Assembly: GCA_019459185.1 (NCBI GenBank)
Contig: JAIBEO010000017.1
Coordinates: forward strand, 5,761-69,760
Reading direction: 5' to 3'
DNA: 64,000 bases
DNA from: Rhizobium sp.
GTDB lineage: Bacteria > Pseudomonadota > Gammaproteobacteria > Xanthomonadales > Xanthomonadaceae
Positions 56,598-64,000 of the stretch are shown here, one piece after another (positions within the stretch are counted from its first letter, which is position 1; every line of letters begins with the position of its first letter). Made by a program: the position numbers and the translations under genes. The notes beneath the pieces are model-generated. The model had not been told where the DNA came from. It searched no databases and worked only from the letters and a program-made list of their open reading frames with translations.

Positions 56598-56638
56598 CTC
56601 CCCTCTCCCCTTGCGGGAGAGGGGCCGGGGGAGAGGGG
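56598..56638. repeat. REP-like palindromic element
   Basis: CCCCTCTCCC-cttgc-GGGAGAGGGG stem followed by CCGGGGGAGAGGG in the intergenic region. Confidence 0.6.
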
Positions 56639-56694
56639 GCGGCCCACCCCGGGATGCGAGACAATACCGACCTCCCCGCATTCACCCCGCCGCC

Positions 56695-57741
56695 ATGACC
56701 ACCCGCCTTACCCTCACCCGCCCCGACGACTGGCACCTGCACCTGCGCGACGGCGACATGCTGGCGCGCGTACTGCCCGACACCGCGCACCGCTTCGCCC
56801 GCGCCATCGTCATGCCCAACCTGGTGCCGCCAGTGGTGAACGCCACGCTGGCCGGCGCCTACCGCCAGCGCATCCTCGCGGCGCTGCCCAAGGGCCTGTC
56901 GTTCGAGCCGCTGATGACGCTCTACCTCACCGAGCGCACCACCCCGGCCGACATCACCGAGGCAAAGGCCAGCGGCTACGTGCACGCGGTGAAGTGGTAC
57001 CCGGCGGGCGCCACCACCAATTCCGATTCCGGCGTGCGCCAGATCGCGAACTGCCACGAGGCGCTGCTGGCGATGGAGCAGCACGACCTGCCGCTGCTGG
57101 TGCACGGCGAGGTGACCGACGCGCACGTGGACGTGTTCGACCGCGAGGCCGTATTCATCGACACCCTGCTCAAGCCGCTGGTGCAGCGTTATCCGAAGCT
57201 GCGCATCGTGCTCGAGCACATCACCACGCGGCAGGCGGCGGAGTTCGTGGCGGCGGCGCCGGCCAACGTGGCGGCCACCATCACCCCGCACCACCTGCTG
57301 ATGAACCGCAACGCGATCTTCACCGGCGGCATCCGCCCGCACCACTACTGCCTGCCCGTGCTCAAGCGCGAGGAGCACCGCCTGGCGCTCGTGGCCGCCG
57401 CCACCAGCGGCAGCCCGAAGTTCTTCCTGGGCACCGACAGCGCCCCGCACACCCGCGGCGCCAAGGAAGCGGCCTGCGGCTGCGCCGGCATGTACAGCGC
57501 GCACGGCGCCATCGAGCTCTACGCCGAGGTGTTCGAGCAGCACAACGCGCTCGACAGGCTCGAAGCCTTCGCCAGCTTCCACGGCCCGGATTTCTACCGC
57601 CTGCCGCGCAACACCGGCACCCTCACCCTCGTGCGCGAACCCTGGGTGGTGCCGGCGGAACTGGGCGAAGGCAGCAGCGCGCTGGTGCCGCTGCGCGCCG
57701 GCACCGAGCTGGCCTGGCGGCTTGGCGATGCCGGCGCCTGA
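56695..57741 (+). CDS. pyrC: Dihydroorotase (type II, homodimeric)
   Basis: [55 protein letters not shown]. Confidence 0.97.
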   Translation: MTTRLTLTRPDDWHLHLRDGDMLARVLPDTAHRFARAIVMPNLVPPVVNATLAGAYRQRILAALPKGLSFEPLMTLYLTERTTPADITEAKASGYVHAVKWYPAGATTNSDSGVRQIANCHEALLAMEQHDLPLLVHGEVTDAHVDVFDREAVFIDTLLKPLVQRYPKLRIVLEHITTRQAAEFVAAAPANVAATITPHHLLMNRNAIFTGGIRPHHYCLPVLKREEHRLALVAAATSGSPKFFLGTDSAPHTRGAKEAACGCAGMYSAHGAIELYAEVFEQHNALDRLEAFASFHGPDFYRLPRNTGTLTLVREPWVVPAELGEGSSALVPLRAGTELAWRLGDAGA

Positions 57742-57863
57742 ACAGACTTCCGGTAGCGCGCAGAGAAAATTTCTCGGCGCATTCCAGGCTCAATCCGCCG
57801 ATTCTGGCCGAGACCGCTGGAACGCCACCCAATTCCACGTCAGCTTCTGATCCGAACAGGGGA

Positions 57864-57899
57864 GGAAAGGGTCCGGCCGGCGCCGGCCGGGCCCTTTCC
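57864..57899. other. Long GC-rich hairpin downstream of pyrC (terminator or REP-like)
   Basis: GGAAAGGGTCCGGCCGG-cg-CCGGCCGGGCCCTTTCC, 17-bp arms with one mismatch. Confidence 0.55.
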
Positions 57900-57968
57900 G
57901 CTGACGGCGGTACCCTTGCAGTCAGCGCCCGCTTCACCTATTAGTTCAGCCTCGGCCAATCGCTGCGG

Positions 57969-58632
<664 letters not shown>

Positions 58633-58649
<17 letters not shown>

Positions 58650-59577
58650 GCTGCTGCTGGCGGTGGTGCTCAGCGGCCAGGTGCGCGCGCCCGGCGCCGA
58701 GGTCATCTACGCCCCGATGTCCGAATCCAGCCCCGTGACCCTGCGCTACGCGGTGCCCGACGGCACCGCGGTGGAGCCCGGCGACCCGCTGGTTCGCGTC
58801 GACCCGGGCGCGGCGCTGGCCCAGCAGGAATCGCTCAAGGCCCAGTTGGTCCAGGCCCGCGCCCGCATCGCCAAGGAACTGGCCGAACTGGCCGTGCGCG
58901 AACTCGACGCCCAGCTGGCCCTGGTGGACGCCGAAGCCGCGCTGGCCAAGGCCACGGTCGACGCCGCCATTCCGCCCGACTACATCGCCCGCATCGACGT
59001 GGACCGCCATGCCGGCGAACTGGCGCGCGCCGAACGCGAGCACGCGCTCAAGCAGGAAGAACTGCGCACCGCCCGCGAAGCCATCGCCCGCCGCCGTGCC
59101 GACGGCGAGTTGGAAGCCGCCAAGATGCAGACCGACCTCGATTACGCGGCCTCGGTGATCGCGATGGCCGAGCAGCGCGCCGAGGGCAGCGGCGTGGCCA
59201 GCTTCTACTTCAACCCCTGGAGCGGCCAGCGCTACGAGGAGGGCGCCTCGGCGAACGCCGGCGAGGCCATCGGCGAACTGGTGCGGCCCGGCGCACTAGG
59301 CGTGCGCGCGTTCGCGCTCGAACCCGACCGCCGCGGCCTGGTCGTGGGCCAGGCCGTGCAGTTGCGCTTCGACGCCGTGCCGGGGCAAGAAGTCACGGGC
59401 CGCATCACCGACATCGGCGGCAGTCCCACGGCCAAGGGCGAATGGGGCAGCGGCCGCTACTTCCTGGTGGACATCGCCCTGCCGGACGGCCATGGCCTGC
59501 CGCTGCGCACCGGCATGAGCGTGCGGGTCATCGCCGAACCCGCCGAGCCCGCCGCCACCGCGGAGACCGCGCCATGA
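58633..59577 (+). CDS. Membrane-fusion protein (HlyD family), copy 1
   Basis: Lipoyl half motifs, long coiled coil, G.ITDIG, LRTGMSVRV. Confidence 0.75.
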
Positions 59578-60539
59578 TCCGCGCCGCCGCCCTGCTGCTG
59601 GCCCTGGCCGCGGGCGTCGCCGCGGCCGACACGCTCACGCTGGAAGGCGAGGTGGCCGCGCTCAGCAGCGCGCCGATCATGCCGCCCACGGTGCGCAACG
59701 TCTGGAACCTGCAGATCACCCAGCTCGCCGCCGACGGCGCGGCGCTCAAGCAGGGCGAGCCCACGGTCACCTTCGACGGCACCGAGCTGCAGCGCCGGCT
59801 GATGGAGGCCCAGGGCCTGCTCAAGCAGAAGCAGAGCGAGCAGGCCAAGCTGCTGCTCGACCTGGCCGACCGCGAGCGCAACGAGCGCCTGGCCACCGCC
59901 GAGCAGGCCGCCACGCTGGACAAGGCCGAACGCAAGGCCGGGCAGCCCGCCGACATCATCCGTTCGGTCGACTACCGCAAGCTGGTGATCGAGCGCGAAC
60001 AGGCCGCCCGCCGCGCGGCGCTGATGCGCGAGCGCGAAGTGCTGTCGCGCCGCCAGCGCGAGGCCGAGCGCGCGCTCATCGCCGCCGAAGTGGCCCAGGC
60101 CAGCAACGACGTGGCGGAACTGACGCGCGCGATCGGCCTGCTCACGGTGCCGGCGCCGCGCGACGGCGTGCTGGTGGTCAAGAGCAACTGGCGCGGCGAA
60201 CGTTTCGAAGTGGGCACTTCGGTGTGGGTCGGGCAGACGGTGGCGGAAATGCCCGACCCGTCCACCCTGGTGGTGCGTGCCACGCTGGCCGAGCGCGACA
60301 TGCTGCGCATCGCCGAAGGCCTGCCCGCGCGCGTGCAGGTGCAGGGCGGCGCGGGTCGGCGGCTGTCGGGCAAGGTGGTGGAGCTGGGCCGCGCCGTGCG
60401 CAGCAAGTCACGCCTGGCGCCGGTGCCGGTGATCGACGTGCTGGTGAGCCTGGAAGGCGACACCAGTGGCCTCAAGACCGGCATGCCGGTGAGCGTGGAA
60501 GTCACCGTGCCCGCGGCCAGAACGAAGGCGGCGCCATGA
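59574..60539 (+). CDS. Membrane-fusion protein (HlyD family), copy 2
   Basis: Signal peptide, coiled coil, APRDGVL, LKTGMPVSVEV; ATGA overlap with copy 1. Confidence 0.8.
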   Translation: MIRAAALLLALAAGVAAADTLTLEGEVAALSSAPIMPPTVRNVWNLQITQLAADGAALKQGEPTVTFDGTELQRRLMEAQGLLKQKQSEQAKLLLDLADRERNERLATAEQAATLDKAERKAGQPADIIRSVDYRKLVIEREQAARRAALMREREVLSRRQREAERALIAAEVAQASNDVAELTRAIGLLTVPAPRDGVLVVKSNWRGERFEVGTSVWVGQTVAEMPDPSTLVVRATLAERDMLRIAEGLPARVQVQGGAGRRLSGKVVELGRAVRSKSRLAPVPVIDVLVSLEGDTSGLKTGMPVSVEVTVPAARTKAAP

Positions 60540-61759
60540 GCCGGCTCGCCCTGGCCGTGTTCACCACGCTGCTGCTGGTCGCCTGCGCCAGCGACGAGGG
60601 CGCCGTCACCGCCACGGAAGTCGTGGCCGCCGCGCCCGCCGAGTTCTGGGTGCGCGCCCAGGGCGAACTCAAGGCCGCCAAGGCCACGCCGCTCAGCGTG
60701 CCGGGCCAGAACTTCGCGCGCCGCCAGCTGGTGTGGATGCTGGCCGACGGCAGCCCGGTGAAGAAGGGCGACCTGGTGGCGCGGTTCGAGGCCGCGCAGT
60801 CGAAGCTGCAGCTCGACAAGGCCCTGCTCGACCTGCAGCGCAACGCCCTGGCGCGCGCCAGCAAGGAAGGCGAGCTCGAGGTCGGTCTCGACCGCGTGGA
60901 AGTGGAGCTGGCCCAGGCCGAATCGGCCCTGGCCATCGCCCGTCGCTACGCCCGCGCCGACTTCGAGGCCCTGGCCCGCAACGAAGTGCTGGACGCCGTG
61001 GAAGACGAAGAATTCCTCAAGGAAAAAACCGGCGTGCTGCGATGGCGCCAGGACCAGTCGGCCCAGCGCGGCGAAGCCGAGCTCGACGTACTCGGCGTGC
61101 AGCGCAACACCCTGGAGGCCGACGCCGCCAACAAGCGCGGCGACCTGGACGCGCTGGAGCTGCGCGCCCCGCACGACGGCATCTTCATGCTGATCATCAG
61201 CTGGAGCGGCGAACTGCCGCGCATCGGCGAGCAGATGTGGGCCAGCACCGACTTCGCCAGCCTGCCCGACATCGACGCGCTCGAAGTGGAGCTGCGCCTG
61301 CCGCAGCAGGAAGCGCAGGGCCTGGCCGTGGGCCAGAAGGTGGAGCTGGCGCCGCTGGGCCACCCCGGTCAGCAGGCCGTGGGCGAAATCACCTGGGTCG
61401 CCAGCGCGCCGCGCGCCGTGAGCCGCCAGAACCCGGCGAAGTTCGTGTCCGCCAAGGCCAGCGTGCCGGCCGAGGCGGCGAAGCGGCACGGCTGGGTGCC
61501 GGGCCAGGCCTTCACCGGCCGCGTCATCCTGCTCTCGGAGGCGGAAGCATTCACCGTGCCCAACGTGGCGCTGTCGGGCGAAGGCGACCAGGCCTTCGTC
61601 ACCGTGCTCGACGACGGCGAACCGGTGCGCCGCCCGGTGGTGCTGGGCAAACGCGGCCCCGCGCGCACCCAGGTGCTGTCGGGCCTGGAAGCCGGCGAGC
61701 GCGTGCTGCTGGCCCAGGACGCGCCCGTCGCCAGCGACGAAGCCGGAGCCGCCCCGTGA
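60536..61759 (+). CDS. Membrane-fusion lipoprotein (HlyD/MacA family), copy 3
   Basis: Lipobox LLVAC, VKKGDLVA, APHDGIF, VPNVAL, VLSGLEAGERVLL. Confidence 0.82.
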   Translation: MSRLALAVFTTLLLVACASDEGAVTATEVVAAAPAEFWVRAQGELKAAKATPLSVPGQNFARRQLVWMLADGSPVKKGDLVARFEAAQSKLQLDKALLDLQRNALARASKEGELEVGLDRVEVELAQAESALAIARRYARADFEALARNEVLDAVEDEEFLKEKTGVLRWRQDQSAQRGEAELDVLGVQRNTLEADAANKRGDLDALELRAPHDGIFMLIISWSGELPRIGEQMWASTDFASLPDIDALEVELRLPQQEAQGLAVGQKVELAPLGHPGQQAVGEITWVASAPRAVSRQNPAKFVSAKASVPAEAAKRHGWVPGQAFTGRVILLSEAEAFTVPNVALSGEGDQAFVTVLDDGEPVRRPVVLGKRGPARTQVLSGLEAGERVLLAQDAPVASDEAGAAP

Positions 61760-63009
61760 TCGAATGGCGCCACCTCAACGACCGCGTCGCCTGGCGCGAA
61801 GCCTTCGAGGAGCTGGCCCGGCGCAAGCTGCGCACCGGCCTCACCCTGCTGGGCCTGGTGTTCGGCGTGGGCTCCATCGTGGCCATGCAGGCGGTGGGCG
61901 AGGGCAGCCGGCGCGAGGCGCTGCGCCTGGTCGAGGGCCTGGGCCTGACCAACCTGGTGGTGGAAGCCAAGACCTTCGACGAAACCTCGCTGCGCGAACT
62001 GCGCGCCCGCAGCCTGGGCCTCACCCGCGCCGACGCCCAGGCCGCCCTCGACGTGGTGCCCGGCGCCACGGCCATGGCCGCGGAAAAGCGCCTGCGCACC
62101 GATGCCGTGGCCAGCGACCACGCCACCAGCGACGCCCAGGCCAGCGCCATCTCGCCGAGCTTCTTCGAGTTGGGTTCGCTGCACGTGGCGGAAGGCCGCG
62201 CGCTCACCCAGGCCGACGACGAGGCCCTGGCCGCCGTGGCCGTGCTCGGCCACCAGGCCGCGCGCAGCCTGTTCCCCGCGGGCGGCGCCGTGGGGCAACA
62301 CGTCAAGGTCAACCACGCCTGGCTGGAAGTGGTGGGCGTGCTGGCCGACCGCGACCTCAGCGCCGACCGTTTCCAGGGCGTGCCGCTGGGCCTGGAAAGC
62401 AACCGCGTGTTCGTGCCGCTGGCCAGCGGGCTGGCGCGTTTCCGCCTGCAGCCGATGGAAGACGAAGTGGACCGGCTGCTGGTGCGCGTGGACGCGCCCG
62501 AGCGCATCGGCGAAGGCGCGCAGGTGCTGGCCGCGCTGCTCAAGCAGCGCCACGCCGGCGCCGACGACTACAGCCTGGTCATTCCGGCCCAGCTGTTCGC
62601 CCAGCACCAGCAGACCCAGCGCATCTTCCGCGTGGTGATGAGCGCCATCGCCGGCGTCAGCCTGCTGGTGGGCGGCATCGGCATCATGAACATCATGCTG
62701 GCCAACGTGCTCGAACGCCGGCGCGAAGTGGGCCTGCTGCGCGCACTCGGCGCCCGCCGCACCGACGTGGTGGCGCAGTTCCTGCGCGAGGCGGCGGTCA
62801 TCTGCGTCGCCGGCGCGCTGCTGGGCGTGGCCTTCGGCATCGCCCTGGCCTATGCCATCGCCACGCTGGCGGGCTGGGACGTGGCCTGGGCGCCGCTGCC
62901 CATCGTGGTGGCGGTGCTGCTGTGCACGGCGGTGGGCATGGCCTTCGGCGTCTACCCCGCCAAGCAGGCCGCCGACCTGGACCCCATCGCTTCGCTGCGC
63001 ACGGAATGA
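61756..63009 (+). CDS. ABC transporter permease (MacB-PCD/FtsX family)
   Basis: RTGLTLLGLVFGVGSIVAM, SLLVGGIGIMNIML..VLERRREVGL.RALGA, FGVYPAKQAADLDPIASLR. Confidence 0.93.
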   Translation: MIEWRHLNDRVAWREAFEELARRKLRTGLTLLGLVFGVGSIVAMQAVGEGSRREALRLVEGLGLTNLVVEAKTFDETSLRELRARSLGLTRADAQAALDVVPGATAMAAEKRLRTDAVASDHATSDAQASAISPSFFELGSLHVAEGRALTQADDEALAAVAVLGHQAARSLFPAGGAVGQHVKVNHAWLEVVGVLADRDLSADRFQGVPLGLESNRVFVPLASGLARFRLQPMEDEVDRLLVRVDAPERIGEGAQVLAALLKQRHAGADDYSLVIPAQLFAQHQQTQRIFRVVMSAIAGVSLLVGGIGIMNIMLANVLERRREVGLLRALGARRTDVVAQFLREAAVICVAGALLGVAFGIALAYAIATLAGWDVAWAPLPIVVAVLLCTAVGMAFGVYPAKQAADLDPIASLRTE

Positions 63010-63043
63010 AAAACGGCGGGCGCCCGCCAGGGCACCCGCCGTT
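63008..63043 (-). terminator. Intrinsic terminator of the TonB receptor gene (convergent with the permease)
   Basis: Minus strand AACGGCGGGTGCCC-tggc-GGGCGCCCGCCGTT followed by a T-run. Confidence 0.75.
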
Positions 63044-63072
63044 GGTGTCGCCGGGCCGCGGGCCCGCGGGGC

Positions 63073-64000
63073 TCAGAACCGCCCGGTGAACTCCAGGCCC
63101 CAGGTGCGCGGGGCGCCGACGATGAAGGTCGGCAGGCCGAAGTTCTGGCCGGTGTTGCCGCCGTCGATCAGGTATTCCTTGTCGGTGGCGTTCTTCACGA
63201 ACGCGCCCAGCTCCCACTTGCCGCCGCCGAAGATCACGCCGGCGCGCAGGTCCACCAGGGCGTAGCCGGCCTGTTCGATGCCCGGCTGGTTCTGGTCCTC
63301 GAAGTACACCTGCGAGCGCCAGTTCCAGCTCGGGCGCAGGTAGCCGACCTTGCCGTCGCCCACGCTGAACTGCCAGTCCAGGCCGGCCGAGGCCGAGTGT
63401 TCCGGGGTCAGGCGGAAGCGGTTTCCGGCCAGGGTCTGCTCGTTGCCGTTGTCGTCGCGCTCGTCGAAGGTGGCGTCGATGTAGCCATAGTTGAAGAAGG
63501 CGCGCAGGCCGTCGGTGGCGCGCAGGATCATCGACAGCTCGGCGCCGGTGGCGCTGGCATTGCCGCCGTTGGCGGTGATCGTACCCAGGCCGTTGGGGTT
63601 GAGCACCTGGGCCTGGAAGTTGCTGTAGTCGTAGTTGAACACGGCCACGTCGTAGGCCAGCGTGTCGCCGAAAGCGGTGCCCTTCAGGCCCAGCTCGTAG
63701 CTCATCAGGATCTCGGCCGGCACTTCGTTCGGCGTGCCGTCTTCGCCCAAGGCGAACTCGATCACGTCCGGGCGGCGGCCGCGCGAAACGCTGGCGTAGC
63801 CGGTGAGCGTGTCGGAGAACAGGTAGCTGGCGACGGCGCGGCCCACGGCCGAGCTGAAGCTGTCCTCGGCGTAGGTGCGCGCGACCGGCTGGAACAGCAT
63901 GTTCGGGAAGGCGATGGTGGTGGGCGCAGCCGGCAGCACCTGGCCCAGCGCGCTGAAGCCGCCGTAGTTGAGCGCCTCGTAACCCGAGCGCAGCTTCTCG
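63073..64000 (-). CDS. TonB-dependent receptor, 3' part; start lies beyond the window
   Basis: YASVSRGRRP, SYELGLKG, VKNATDKEY, C-terminal PRTWGLEFTGRF. Confidence 0.88.
   Translation of the reverse strand, partial: EKLRSGYEALNYGGFSALGQVLPAAPTTIAFPNMLFQPVARTYAEDSFSSAVGRAVASYLFSDTLTGYASVSRGRRPDVIEFALGEDGTPNEVPAEILMSYELGLKGTAFGDTLAYDVAVFNYDYSNFQAQVLNPNGLGTITANGGNASATGAELSMILRATDGLRAFFNYGYIDATFDERDDNGNEQTLAGNRFRLTPEHSASAGLDWQFSVGDGKVGYLRPSWNWRSQVYFEDQNQPGIEQAGYALVDLRAGVIFGGGKWELGAFVKNATDKEYLIDGGNTGQNFGLPTFIVGAPRTWGLEFTGRF

Noticed and set aside
57728-57850. 40-codon ORF (MPAPEQ...WNATQFHVSF) ending like an outer-membrane beta-strand
   Set aside because: It overlaps the pyrC end, has no RBS and uses codons atypical for this genome; probably chance

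Overview
High-GC chromosomal window, most consistent with a Xanthomonadales/Lysobacteraceae bacterium (inferred from gene content and base composition, not confirmed). Left end: a sigma54/IHF-type MacAB-like ABC exporter (partial), glmS-LOG, tfoX-C, fRMsr (msrC), bioD, an AcrAB-type RND pump with TetR, queD and recCBD. From about 20.2 to 45.7 kb lies a large amine/amide utilisation locus. Its core is a divergent pair of operons around two PcaR-type operators. The lower beta-ketoadipate genes (pcaR, pcaF, catI/catJ-type CoA transferase) are interleaved with two class-III aminotransferases and a P5C-dehydrogenase-like ALDH, with no ring-cleavage genes in the window. Around this core are a TonB receptor, a TPR-sulfotransferase, five secreted amide hydrolases (including a BapA/DmpA-like enzyme), an orphan Rieske oxygenase, an APC permease and a histamine/trimethylamine-dehydrogenase-like flavoprotein. 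This is the best candidate for an undescribed system: a nitrogenous-substrate route into 3-oxoadipate, with beta-lysine or pyrrolidine-2-acetate as hypothesised substrates. The right part holds a short DsbG-like gene behind a CsoR/FrmR-type palindrome, psiE, acnD-[parDE]-prpF-[fic-wHTH], an SDR plus an esterase-Baeyer-Villiger monooxygenase fusion, a double cupin, pyrC, an ABC exporter with three tandem membrane-fusion proteins, and a partial TonB receptor. No rRNA, tRNA, CRISPR array or transposase was recognised.
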